A stretch of 64,000 nucleotides of DNA, from assembly GCA_965153285.1 (NCBI GenBank), contig OZ229116.1. The stretch is one strand, 5' to 3'. Below, piece after piece: positions 1 to 27,849 of this stretch. Below the pieces are notes generated by a model. That model was not told where the DNA came from. It made no database searches and worked only from the letters and a program-made list of their open reading frames with translations. How positions within the stretch are numbered: the first letter of the stretch is position 1; each line of letters opens with the position of its first letter. The stretch is from Podarcis tiliguerta. Lineage: Eukaryota. Made by a program: the position numbers and the translations under genes.

Positions 1-175
1 CAGTCGTGACAGACTCTGGGGTTGCGGCGCTCATCTCGCTTTATTGGCTGAGGGAGCCGGCGTTTGTCCGCAGACAGTTTTTCCAGGTTGTGTGGCCAGC
101 ATGACTAAGCAAACCAGAGCAGTGCACGGAAACGCCGTTTACCTTCCCGCCGGAGAGGTACCTATATTTAATTGG
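1..175 (-). mobile_element. Sauria SINE fragment
   Basis: Reverse complement of the 3' half of the Sauria SINE copy at 33794-34150 (GCGAGATGAGC...GTCACGACTG). Confidence 0.8.
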
Positions 176-665
176 GGGCAATTAGCAGGGTGAGTCCACT
201 ACGGCATGATTCTAGACTCCAACATTCTTCAAGCCTCCCTTTCACAATACTTTATTTAATTGTTACAGTTATGTCCAAGCAAGAATAAAAGGTGATTTTG
301 GAGTAGACCAAAGGTCTATCACATCCAGCAGCCTGTTTCCCACAATCAGTGGGAAACCTAAAAGTAAGACATGTGGGTAGCCACGGTCGTAGTTCACTGT
401 AGCTTACAAAGGGCTCCCATGCTATGACCAAGTTCAGGTTAGCTTAGCTTTATCAAAAACTGTTCTTCCTAAGTGGGGATGTATGAATCTGTCAATTTCA
501 ATTACCTTGGTTCCTTATATTTCCAATCTTAAATTCTGTTCTCCACATTTTTGCAGCAATTCATAGGGTTTTTTAAAAAACCCTACAAATATATATATAA
601 TAAATACATATAATATTATAATATATATAATTCATCAGCATTTTAGTGCAAATTTCTCTTAATAT

Positions 666-755
666 CATAGCTGTCAACTTTTCCCTTTTCTTGTGAGGAA
701 TCCTATTCAGAATAAGGGAATTTCCCTTTAAAAAAGGGAAATGTTGACAGCTATG
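666..755. mobile_element. 90-bp hAT-type MITE
   Basis: TIRs CATAGCTGTCAAC / GTTGACAGCTATG; perfect 8-bp TSD CTTAATAT (658-665, 756-763). Confidence 0.85.
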
Positions 756-775
756 CTTAATATATTTAATATATA

Positions 776-1053
776 TTTTCTGCTGCTCCAGAGAAGCGGA
801 CACGGAGCAATGGATACAAACTACAAGAAAGAAGATTCCACCTAAACATTAGGAAGAACTTCCTGACAGTAAGAGCTGTTCGACAGTGGAATTTGCTGCC
901 AGGGAGTGTGGTGGAGTCTCCTTCTTTGGAGGTCTTTAAGCAGAGGCTTGACAACCATATGTCAGGAGTGCTCTGATGGTGTTTCCTGCTTGGCAGGGGG
1001 TTGGACTCGATGACCCTTGTGGTCTCTTCCAACTCTATGATTCTATGATTCTA
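776..1053 (+). mobile_element. CR1 LINE 3' end
   Basis: End of ORF2 followed by the CR1 3' UTR GGGTTGGACTCGATGACC...CCAACTCTATGATTCTATGATTCTA with octamer repeats. Confidence 0.9.
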
Positions 1054-1296
1054 TATACACAATTTGCATTCAATCTTCACTAATATAATTTTTATTGCAA
1101 AGCAGTCTCCCCTAATGAAGATTATTTGTATGTTATTTTTAGAAATCTGTGCAATGTTATGCACACTTTACCCGAGTATGTCATTCAGTGTCTGTACAAA
1201 GAGAGGTCATCAGGGACAGAGGTGGCATGATGCCAATATTTATTGCTTCCCCCAAAGCAATTTGAATAGAGAGATTATTATTTTCTGCTGTGTTAC

Positions 1297-4294
1297 CTGA
1301 ATGTAGTTCTTCACCAGTTCCCATTTCAGTTTAATGAGATAATCAATTATTTGATGGATCAGGAAACCCACTGTTCCTACTATTATTCCAATGATGCCCA
1401 TCACCAACCATCGATCCCAGTCCATTCTAAAAAATAAAAATAAAAGGGAATTGGTATCAGTTGCAGTAACCTCAGAATGTTAATAAGTAGCCTTTTGGTA
1501 ATGCATCTAAAATGCTAAACAGTTATTCAGGAATCGCAGTTTTTGAAAAGAAGAGCTGTTAGTTTCTTCTGGGTAGCTCTCAGAAGAATTGTGATTGAAA
1601 GGTGTTCATGTCTTTCCAGCCATGATTTTCTTTAACTAATGACTCAGAAGTGAAGGATTGAGACTTCTTTGTTCCACCCATATGCCTTGTTCTTTCTTCC
1701 CCAAAGCTTCTAGTCCATATCCCTAGGCAAGGATTGCCTACATCTCTAACTTGGCCCTTTGAATTGTCCCTGATCCAAATCTTAGGTTCTGCAAAGCAAA
1801 TTGCAACAAGAGCAAATTGACTTAATTTTCATAATTTAATCCAGACACAACAGTTGAGAATTACAAGCATAAACTTTCAAGATATCGTTTACTGGTAACA
1901 AATATGCTCCATTTAGCTCTTCTGATTATCCGCTACAGCTGCCTTAACAGCTAAAATAAGCAGGTGTGATGTCTCTTATGACTGCTCTGATGCAAGAATG
2001 TAACAATAGATCCAAGGATCCACTTCCCACTGGAAATTGGGTCTATTTAACATTTCCAAGAATCCCAGACCTAGTTATTCTCTGAAGAAACAGAGTCTGC
2101 AGCAAGAGCAAGAAACTCAGTCTGTAATCAATCCGTCCAATGTAGACTGCAACCTTTCCTGGTCACAGTGGACTTTCTTTCGTATAACAATTATAGATGT
2201 GCAACCTGTACTTTTGCAGCAATACTGTGTATTACCAAGTTTTATGTTTTTATAAACTGCTCCTAAGGAGACATGCTTAGGATGTTCCTGGTACCTTTTC
2301 CCTCCCTGCTGTATTTTGTGGCATTCAGATTGGTACAAATGAAGGTCTTGCCCTACTGTGGATTTGGAAATTGCTCTAACCTGGCAGCAGAGTTTCCTGT
2401 GTTTTGCATCTCTTCAGAATGTGGCAGTTCCTCATTGGTCCCTAACAGAGCATTTCCCCCCAAACATCTGAGTGCACTCTTCACTGTTCCCAATAGGTGG
2501 CACCAAAACACTTTGGTTTAAGCTTATCATTCAATGTAATAATACTTTACAGTCATATGCGCAAAGCGGAAATAATGGAAACTATGTTTGACTTGTGAAA
2601 GCTTTTGCTGGGGGGGGGTGGCGGAATCCTCCATGTACAAGTGGAGTGAGCCAAATGAAGACAGAACCATTTCATAGCCTGCAACTCGCTTCAATTATCT
2701 TTCTAGGAACAGGTAGAAAGCCCAGGTGTTCATGATGTGCTTTTAATACTTAAGCTACAAAATGATATTTTTCACCATGTCCATTTGAAATATATTTGAT
2801 CCATTATTTTGTCTCTGCTGGTCATCATGTTGGGGACTAAGAAAAATGCAGGTTTAAATTATCTGACTCTTACATAAATTATTGTACAAGCTGAGGAAAA
2901 TTAGGGCATGTTCCCCCCACCCATATTTTGGTACATCTGCATGCCATTGATTTGAAGAAGAGAGGTAAGCGTGTGGTCAGATTTTAAAAATGCTTTGCTT
3001 TGAGTGAACAGCACACTTAATTATAGAAAATCGGTGCAATGAAGAAGTTGGAAGAAGTTAAGCAACATGAAACCAAACCGACAAATTTTAGTTTGATTGG
3101 TTTGGATATCTTTGCCCAAAGAAACCTCAGCAGCTAAAGCTGATCACTACAAAGTTTGTTGCATCAAGCTTGAAGCTAATGAGAAATATTTATTCCAAAG
3201 CCATTTCTATTATGGAACTCCCTGCTGGTGTTCGATATCACTGACTCTCATAAGGTTTAAATCAAAGCAAGAACAAACATGTGTTTTGTCAGGAAATCCT
3301 AATGTAGACAACTGAGCATTAATTATATAACTCACTCTAAGACAGAAGCAGCTGACCCCATGCTAACTGGTATATAGCAGCAAAACCCAGACCCAAAGGT
3401 ATCATTTCTATATACCCACGGACTTTTTATTAAAGAAAAATAATCACAGGCTTCACACATGTACTGCCTTCCTGCTGCACTGTAACTCCGGTGGTATCAG
3501 TTGTGCCATTGGAACAGGTCTTTGGAGCAGACGTCCAGGGCTGAACAAAGGTAGCCCCATTTGTGGAAGGTCTCACCACATTTTAAAGCAAAACAGCTTA
3601 CCATTTAACACAAAATTATCTGCCTAACTACACTGGATGGCATGGCAGCAGAACACACCTCCAAGCCCTCTGTAAACTGAGTTCCTGTTATTTCCATTTG
3701 CTTCCCTTTCAACCTCCTGGGGAAAAAAGGGGGGTGAGGGGGTGCACAGGTGCTGGCACACATCCCTGAACTCCAATATTCCAACTCCTGCTGGATAAAA
3801 CAGGGGTCCCAGCATAGTGGGCATGCCCTCTTCATGCCTATTCCGCAAAGGCCTATTGAAGTAGGCAGATCCCTTATGCTGGAGTAAGGGAAAGTTGCAT
3901 AAATTGTAAGGTGCATCCCTGACTCCAAACTCCCTTACAACTCCCATTGCTTATTTTCCCTTTCATGTGAATTTCAAATGGGGTTCCAATTCGGTGTTAC
4001 TAATTCAGTGCTAATATCCAGTGTGTACAACAAGCAGGTTGTTTATTACCTGTAGTTTTGTCCCTGCAGCCACTTCTTGTAAACGCTGCTGTGGGAAGGC
4101 AAATAATCCAGACTTTCGTGGACAGATAGGCGTTCCCTTTCTTTCTCTTGGAGGAAGTTTGCCCTTCCTGAGCAGCTTCTGCTGCTGTTGCATCTGGGAT
4201 CAAGAGCCTCAATCAAATCTGGTCGATCTTCGGCTAGCAGCATCTCCTCTTCACCATCATCTGTGCATCTCTTGCAAGAAAATAGGGTTGCCAT
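1297..4294 (-). CDS. ClC-family chloride channel/H+-Cl- exchanger-like gene, ClC-6/7 branch; first two coding exons (4294-4050, 1426-1297), gene continues beyond window start
   Basis: Exon 4294-4050 encodes MATLFSC...RLSVHESLDYLPSHSSVYKKWLQGQNY and ends AG|GTAATA (phase 2). Exon 1426-1297 (TTAG|A ATG...CAG|GTAA) completes Arg and encodes MDWDRWLVMGIIGIIVGTVGFLIHQIIDYLIKLKWELVKNYIQ. ESLDY followed by W..M.IIG...G.V.F...LK is the N-terminal motif plus first membrane helix of ClC-6/7-type proteins. An in-frame TGA lies upstream of ATG 4294. Confidence 0.85.
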
Positions 4295-7200
4295 TTTGAA
4301 GAATCACAAGTGGCAGCAGAAGACCTCAGACCTCTGTCTGCAAATCAATGGTTGACAAATGCACCTGGAGAGGACTTACTGACTGCTGTGCAACAAGGGC
4401 TCACTGACTTATGTTGTGGGTTGGGTTGCTTCAGTAGCAGCACCACACAGATCCTGCGTGTTTGTGTCACCCAGAACCTGTCAGAACCAGATTTTTGTTT
4501 CATAGGTTACTTTCCCACCAGAAGGGTTGGGCAGGCAGCCAACTGAACACAGAGTCTTTCCTGAACAACAGAGAATGTGAAGTCTTAGGGTTTAAAATCA
4601 AGTGGCGATTGCAGAGGGTTTGGTCATCATACTTCCCAGCCAATTAATGTAAAAATTTATATCAGGCGCTAAGCATTCTGAACACATTGCAACAATGCTG
4701 TATCAGTTGAACTGGTAACTAGTGTGTTCCCAGGTCCATTTCAAAGCATGGGTCTTGAGCGTTAAAAGTCCTAAATGGCTTACGGCCAGGCTATCTGTAA
4801 CTGCTTATGTCCCAAGTTCAGCATCGAAGGCCCTGGTCAAGTAATCTGCCTTTAAGATTGATTAGACGGGCAGGCACTAGGACAGGGCTTTTTCAGGAGT
4901 GGCACCCCTACTCTGTTGAACTCCCAACAGAGGTATAGTTGACCCTTCTGCTTAGGATTTAAAATGGCTAAAAACTCCACTCCCAGATGCCTTTTATGTG
5001 CTTTTATTGGACTGTTTAAAAAAATGTATATGTTGGACCAACTGTATTTTAAAGCAAGGCTAGTCAATGGGGTATCCTCAATAGGTTTTTGAACTGCAAC
5101 TCCCATCGTCCTTATCATTAGCCTTACTGGCTGGGCTGATGGGTGCTGTAGTTAAACAACATCAGGAGGGAACCACATTGCTTAGCCTACGTTGCTGCTT
5201 AAACTGTTGTGTGTTTTTAAATTTCTAACATTTTTCATACATAATGCAATATTGTAATGTTATGTTTACATAATGGCTGGCCACAGTGGCAGACCTGGGG
5301 GTCTCAAATTTCAGTAGTGCCATGTGCAATGTCAAAATTCAAGCAACAAGCAAAGACAAAGGCTGCAAAAGGCACTAATAACAATGATTAGCACCAAGGC
5401 AGGCATTACAGAGCTGGCATCATCTGGCATCTAATGATACCCATAGCCTGGGCCCACTATCTGGAGTTTCCGGGCCTTGCTGTTGCCTGTTTACCTATTC
5501 CCCCTAAACAAGTGATTGAGTAAGTGAACAGAGCAAAAAGAAGGCATAGTGACAAATTCATGGTTTACAACGTTATAAGAAGGTGGTGTGTGCTCTCAGG
5601 TGGGGAGTGGCACAGGAAATTTTATCTAGAGGTTCCCCCAAATCAGTGTCTGAAGCAGGAAGGTGACAAAAGAAAACAGCCCGTCTCACTAACCTTGATG
5701 CTTCAAACCAATAAGGTCATTATTACTTTGGTTTAATTACAGGACATTATTGCTTCATTTTAAGAGACAGGGAACAATGCATGGATAGGTAGTGCTTCAT
5801 ATATACTTTTGGATATGGGTGGCATTCAAATGTATTCAGATTTTTAAATAATCATTTACTATTTATTATTATTATTATTATTTAGCGGGGGAATATAAAC
5901 TGCTTCCTAAAAAAGTCCAAGCAGTGTGCAGATTCTATTATATATAAAGCATGATTAAAATGAAGAAACCAATAAAAACAAACATGAAGAAAGCTATCAT
6001 TAAAAACAAAATGTAAACTAAAGCATGTGTCTGGATAGGCTTACTAGAACAGAAATGTTTTCAACAGCATCTAAAACAGTAAAGGCACCTGCCGAATGTC
6101 AAGAGGCAGGGAGTTCCACAGCACAGGTGCTGCCATGCTAATATAGTCTTGGGGCAGTAGAGAGGAGACTAACCATAGTCGGGGAAACACCTCTGAATCT
6201 ACTCAACAGATATCTTATCTATGTATTCTCGGAGGGCAGGAATACTGAATAACCCCCGCATCGTATTGCAGCTCTGTGTTTACTGTAAACTCAAAAACAG
6301 TAACAATACTGCATGTTTACATACAAGGCCTTAGATTCGAGTTCCACAGCTTTCCAGCAGCCTGGCTGTTTATAGAGTAGGAAAACAATAGAGGAATGAT
6401 GCAACGGTTCAGACTGAACAACACAACAGAGATCCACAGTCTTCGTGGCCATCTTGCAGTTACCTTTCAGGCAGCCTTTCAATTATGGGGGAAATGGAAG
6501 TGTGGCCTTTAACAGCCACTCCTAACCCCTTGACCTTTCTTAAGAGACAAAAGTTTTGTGATTTACACAAAACTTTCAGAATACCTGTGTGATGTTGTGC
6601 AAAACAGTTTTTCCTTTAGGCATGCTGCCGTGGGAATATGGGCTTCTCAGCTATGTTAGGAGGGAGGGTGAGAAAGAGACAGAAGCTCTATCTTCATATC
6701 TACTTCAGAATAAATATGGCAAACGATACTTAGGGACACAAACACTGAATCTTCCATCATAACCAGCACACGAATAAGTGTTTGACAGCTTTAGCTTTGA
6801 AATCATTTACCAATAAGTACTGGGGTTAATATTTAATACGATTAGCACACAATGAAGAGGTTGCAGAAACATGGAAGCTGGTAGTGGCACATTACCAAGA
6901 ATATCACTTCAACTGGAACTCCGCATAAGCCCTGGAACTAAGCATTTATTTTGGCTTTGTTCTGTGTAAAAGAGTGCAGTACTATTGCAAACAAACAGAG
7001 ACAGTGGTATAAGGTCAGTCCCGTGAGGGGAAGCTGTAGCGGCTTACGGTAATTCAAATCTCAAACAGCCTTTGCACAAGTCATAAAATTAATGGCAAAA
7101 AGGTTAATTATATATCCTGAACTTCTGTATCTAATGCAAACAGACACTCATATTTCTTACTAAGAACCTAGAAAGAGGCATCCTCCACCAGACATCTTCC

Positions 7201-8084
7201 CCTGTAACTGGATTAAGTCTCTAAATATGCATTTCCTCTGAAACATTTCTAATCACCTGGCTGTGACATGTGATTGACTTGTTGACAATTTGCTACTTGT
7301 ATCTTTTAAAAGTCCCTTCAGTCCTGCCCTGGTCTTTGAATTGGAGCTAATTTGTTTACTTTATTTACATATAAATAACTGGCATTATTTATTTAATGCC
7401 AGTTAGGAAGCTTAATTCCTATAATTAGGCGCCTCTCAGTTCCCACGTTGTTCAGTATCCTACCCAGGGCACTGATCTACATTTTGGGGATCCTCCAGAA
7501 GGCTTTTCTGCGCCACTCTTTTCCAAGCTTGCTCTCACTCCATAGATACTTGCAGAAGCAAGACTTCTTCAGCCTAGCTAGACCCCTTACACCCCTGCTG
7601 CCTCCCTGCTCCATTCCTTTGCCTCTCAGCAGTTAGTTTTCTCTTCAGGTCAGTCAGAACTGTTTCAAAGAGCACAAATTACCATTATTGCCCCCAAAAC
7701 CCGTTATAAAATTTTTGAACTTTTTTGGAGGGTCCCAAAGAACCCAGAGGATTTGTAGGATGACCTACAAATGCTACCTTATCTTCAACCACCTTATCAT
7801 AGCTTGAGCCTAGAAAACTGTATGCATCAGATATCAGGGAAGATTAGCCCTCCACTGCTTAGCCTTTGCCAGTAACTCTCAACCTAGTCATGACAGTGCA
7901 TGTATAAGTCACAGTGAAATTCAGACTTTTCTCCGCCCTTCATCCCACAGGATCTTGCTTCTTCTCTCTGCCTTTCTCATTTTCCTGATCTCTACATACA
8001 CAAAATTAGTTATTTCCATTTGTGCTTCTCCCCCTGGTGGCTTTAGACCTGCACTACATAGAGTCTGCCTCCTTAGTGCCCACC

Positions 8085-8388
8085 TGTACTTGATTCTTTT
8101 GAATTATAGTGCTGGAGAAGACTCTTGAGAGTCCCATGGACTGCAAGAAGATCAAACCTCTCCATTCTTAAGGATATCAGCCCTGAGTGCTCACTGGAAG
8201 GACAGATCCTGAAGCTGAGGCTCCAATACTTTGGCCTCCTCATGAGAAGACTCCCTGGGAAAGATTGAGGGCACAAGGAGAAGGGGATGACAGAGGACGA
8301 AATGGTTGGACAGTGTTCTCGAAGCTGGTGTGCTCTGGTCCATGGGGTCATGAAGAGTCGGACATGACTAAACGACTACACAACAACA
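8085..8388 (+). mobile_element. Bov-B (RTE) LINE 3' fragment
   Basis: TGCTGGAGAAGACTCTTGAGAGTCCCATGGACTGCAAG...GAAGCTGAGGCTCCAATACTTTGGCC...GAGTCGGACATGACTAAACGACT followed by a CAA-repeat tail. Confidence 0.85.
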
Positions 8389-9067
8389 TAATCCATGTAA
8401 GGAAAGCTCTTGTAGGAACACAAGAAGAGTCCAGCTGGATCTAGCCTATGGGTGCCTATGAAAATCCCAAAAGCAGGACTCAAGAGCAACCTATTTGAGT
8501 TTTCCTAATTTTCAGAATTGACTACTAGCTGCAATAGCATTTTGTGATAGGAACTGTTTCAGCTTATGGTCCAGGCCATGAGGTAGCCTGTGTAACTTAC
8601 AACCATCTTCTTTTTTCTTTACTAATGGTTCAAGCCACAGTAGATGTAGATCACCTCCAGTAAAGATCCCCCAACTGAACATGCCTGTAAGATGCAGGTT
8701 CACATGTGCATATGTATAGGCACAGGAGCAGGTAACAGGTGATACCAGAGGATGGGTCCCAGACCATTTTATTGCTTTGTTAAAAACACCAAATAAAAAA
8801 CTGTAAAGCAAATCTATAATATGTGAGACTGAGCAAGTTTCTCCCTGTTCCATAGTACTAGAAACTAAGGGCTGCCGAATGGCAATTATTGGCAGCAGCT
8901 TCTAGACAGACAAGAGGAAGTATTTCTTCACTCAACAAAATTAAATTGCATCAAGTTCGCCAACACATGGTTTGATGATGGCCATTAGCTTGGTGAGCTT
9001 CAAAACAGGATTACAGGCAGCAATTCATTGGCAGGAAGAACTGGGGTGCTCTCAAAAGGATGAGGTG

Positions 9068-9316
9068 CGATGACAGTGTAGTGGTTAAGAGCAATAGTCT
9101 CATAATCTGGGGAACTGGGTTCGCGTCTCCGCTCCTCCACATGCAGCTGCTGGGTGACCTTGGGCCAGTCACACTTCTTTGAAGTCTCTCAGCCCCACTC
9201 ACCTCACTGTTTGTTGTGGGGGAGGAAGGGAAAGGAGAATGTTAGTCGCTTTGAGACTCCTTAAAGAGAGTGAAAGGCGAGATATCAAATCCAAACTCTT
9301 CTTCTTCTTCTTCTTC
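9068..9316 (+). mobile_element. tRNA-derived Squam3-like SINE
   Basis: tRNA-like head GTGTAGTGGTTAAGAGC...GGGTTCGCGTCTCC, core GGGTGACCTTGGGCCAGTCAC, (TTC)n tail. Confidence 0.7.
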
Positions 9317-10466
9317 CAACAACACCCAAGTTGTTTCCATTGAAACTGCTAACATGGAAAGGTCTAGCTTGGTGCTACCAGAGCTGCGTTCCCCTCACCC
9401 ATGAGCTCACAATGATGGGAACATATCTTGCTCCAGCAAATGAATAATCAGTTCACTTTAAGCTTGATTATCCCTTTGCAGTAATGTCAGTTACACGAGG
9501 AGAGGAGACCTAGAGGGCAAAGTTTGCCCATGAGTCAAAGGTCTCCCACACCTATTCTAATGGCTCAAGCAAGGAAAAAGATTGCACTCACAATGCAGAC
9601 TGGTCAATACAGTAGCTGGTCAATACAGTGACCACAGCATGCCTAGCAAGTGTATATATGCAAGCTCCAGGTAACTTTTCATTCTAAAAGGGTCTTCTCT
9701 TGCAAATTATCCACACTGCAGCCTTCCACTGGTATGTTCTTTTTGCTGAAGAGAGGTCATCTGTGCACCTGTCCGTGCAACTGGATATATTTTTTAAATG
9801 ATTAATTTAGGGCAGCCAATCCAAGAACTGCAATCCTGCTCCTCTAAACCTCCCGAACCTTCTAGCAGCAATACCAAAGTACTTTAAGATAGCACTGAAA
9901 TGCTTACCAACAGTTTTCTTTTCTCCTATTCTCACAGGGTTGTATTTGATAGTTGAGTATAAGGCTTCAGTCATTGGAATAAGGAGAGAAGCAATTTTCA
10001 GTGATTTCCCCCTGAAGCTTCATGTGTTCCCCCTACATCTGATCTGGAGGGTCCCTAAACAAGCTCAAAATTGCTCCCCTAACCATTCAACTAACAGAAG
10101 TTGTAGTGTCAACCTAAGTGACACTGTGGAATATAACCCTTCGTTTTTAATAGCAAACCTGCTTTTAAAAAAAGCAATAAAGCATCGCAATAATATGAGA
10201 TACATGGGCATGAGCAGTTATGAAAGCAGTAAAGTTACAACTGGGTGTCCATTCTGTCGTCAATATTTTCTGTTTTGTCTTAAAAAGTATTACACATGTA
10301 GAATCTAACTTGTGCCTAGACTAATCACTTCAACAGCCTAAGATATAAAGTAAGTGAGTGGAACACTGCCACAGATTAGGAGCAACATCTGACCTCTTAG
10401 TGCTGCAAGGTACTACTGGCACAACTTAAACAGAAAGATAAGGACAGCCTCAAATACTTTCCACAT

Positions 10467-10567
10467 TTTATTTACATTTGAAGACTAATTTTATTCTCAA
10501 TCACATATCCATACACCTATTTTCCTTTTTTGTTTTGCTTCACTAAAACTTAAATGCATGGTTTATT
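10467..10567 (-). terminator. Candidate UBE2V2 polyadenylation signals
   Basis: Three minus-strand AATAAA (plus TTTATT at 10467, 10490, 10562) about 600-700 nt after the stop. Confidence 0.5.
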
Positions 10568-11182
10568 AGAACAAAGACTGTAAACAAATATTTGCAATGT
10601 CCATTACATGTAACACACAGGAGCCGCTTAAAAGAAAATCATTTCCCCATTTTATAAATACAAGTATCAAAACAATCCTGACCGTATTCTGTGACACTAC
10701 TAGCAGTCAGCACCCACACCTTTGCAAAAATTAAACAAGTTGAGCAATGGTATTTGCAGTACCTGCTACTGAAACAATTTTATCTGCAGCTCTTTTACTA
10801 AAGCAAGATGGATAAAGCATGCCATTTGTATTTTTTCTTCTTGAGAAAAAGTTTTCTGAAACATTATTCCACAGCAACCTGACACTTCCTGTCATGCTTT
10901 CGTCTTGAAACACCGGAGCTCCAATTTTAGGCTACTTCAGGTTTATGCTTAAAATTATAGTGCCTTGGTAAAGAGGAAAAATAATTGTGCTGCCTTTTTT
11001 TTTCTCTGATTGTGCCTGAAAACATATGGGGCATACATATACATATATATATTCTTTCAAATGTCCAGATCACGTACACCAGCAGAAACTCTTAATGTGT
11101 GGGTGGTTTGCATTGTGAGATTGAATCAAGACATTAAACATAAGTAGAAGTTGTTTAAGACAAGTTTGGGATTCAGCTAAAA

Positions 11183-25620
<14,438 letters not shown>

Positions 25621-27849
25621 CTTGTCCAAACCCCTCCCCCACCAGCCAGGAAACACACGGGCGCCGAGCACGTGACTTCTGCCTTGCGCCCTACGTCATT
25701 TCCTGGAAACTAGCCCCGCCCCGCGCTGGCGTTTGTTGCTTCTGCGCGTCGAGAGGGTGGCGGCTAAGGCGGCTGCAGTTAAGGGAAGGGAAAAGACCGA
25801 CCGACTGGGGTGGGTGGAGAGGGAGGGAAGGAGGGAGGCGGCTACGCGAAGCAATTGACAGGAGAAGGGAGCCCTCCCGGGCATTTGTCGCTCTAGTGTC
25901 GGGAAGTGAGGCTGCGAAAGGGTTAATTATGGAGTTTGCGGAGGTAGCCAATGGGGTGGCCTCCAGGTGGTGGAGGACTCCAACTCCCATCAGCCCCGGC
26001 CAGTATGGCCAATAGTCAGGGACGATGGAGCTGTAGTCGAATAAAACCTTCATCTACAGTGGCTGGCTTGGTGTATTAAATGTTGGGAAACTGATATGAA
26101 AGGCACACGCAGTGATAGTTGCTCACAGTACCAGTTACCACACAGAAGCAGCTTAAGATCCAAATACTTTACTATGGCAGAAGATAAGGCTCAGTAAAAC
26201 GGTTCTAGATTTAGAGTTATACAGCTTGTAGGCTTTTGCAGATGCAGATATATACAGATACATACAAGTAAAAAGTTTCTCTGTTGCTCCAAATACTGTA
26301 AACTCCAGCATTTCAGCATGTAACACTGGACTAGTAACACCAGTGGACTGATGACTCACAGACTGACTGAGCTGACATATATTAATCACATATATAGTTG
26401 GAGCAATAGGCCGTTACCATAGTAACTGGCTTGGCACATCTTGCACCTGCTATTAGTTCATCCATGGAGTGATTTATGCTTATGAAGGACATTACCCCTT
26501 TTCATTTCCAGTTGCTCCAACATTAAATACTACTGTATTTAATACAATACTATTGTGTTTTATGCAAGGGAATTTATTTCCTGCTCAAAACAGAAAGACA
26601 AGGCTATAGGTTGAATTCATACCATAACTCAAGCCCTGCATGTTACCCTCCTTCCTGACTGTAGAGAACAAATGTGGAATCTATGGCTCTTCAAATGTTG
26701 CTGGACATTTATAATTTATTTATAATTGAAGGTTTTTATAATTTACATTTTGTATTGTATATTATGTTTTTAATTGTAAACTGCTAAAGGAACTCAGTTA
26801 TATGGATGGAAGAGAAATGTAATTAAAAAATTGTTGTCTGAGGGTGCTTAGTCCAGTGCTGTTATTAGAGCCTGAAACAGTTTTTATCAGCTTCAGTTGA
26901 TACACTAGCTGCAACCGTAGCTGGATGGACCATGCTCTGGTGCGCACACACATTTAGATTACTGCAATGCATTATACATGGAGCTTTATTTAAAAACAGT
27001 CAGTAGATCTAAAATAGTTGATGCAAAATAGGACTACAATATTGTTTTACTGTGACTGGATGTTTTGATCATATTAAACCTGTCAGTGCTTAGCCAGCTG
27101 AACTGGCTCTCATTTCGTTTCTGGCCCAATTTAATGAGCTGATTTTAACCTATTAATTCCTAATAGTTTAGGACCAGGATACTTGAAAGATTATTTTGCT
27201 CTCATATATACATGTTTGAACATTAAGATCCTCACCAGAGGCTCTGTTTGATGTGCACCGGAAATCTCTTCTGGGAGTTCCTCCAAGCCACTTGAGCAGA
27301 TCTGGGGGAGGGGGCACACAGGAAGAGGAGAGAAGGAAATTCCATTATGCAGGTGGAAGTTTTTGCACAAATGGAACAACTTTGTTGCATACAGCCCTAT
27401 GTGCTGGAAAACTGGTCCTTGATACGAGAAGTAAAAGTATCAATCTTGATCCATAAGAAAACATGTATACCAGGACAATGCTTTTATTAGACGAATGAAA
27501 ATATCACAAAACAGTGTGCAAGCTTTGAAAGTTCTCCAGAACTACTACTCCCACATTCCATTTTAAGATTGTAATCAGATGCAGACTCCATGGCTTCGCC
27601 ATCATCCATTTTTTCCCTCCCTTTCTTTCACAACCGTTTGTTTTCTGACATTTTGGATAGCCAGATAAAGGATTTGCCCTAATAAGGACTTTGGAATTCT
27701 CCTTGATACAAGGTACTTAAACATAAGTTTTGACCTGTTTCTAACATTTCTTCTTGAGCAAGATTGCTGAACATGTGTTGGAGATCAGTTGCAGGCATTC
27801 TTGGAATCTGACCACCCACGGTTCAAATATAGGACACTAAACATAAAAA

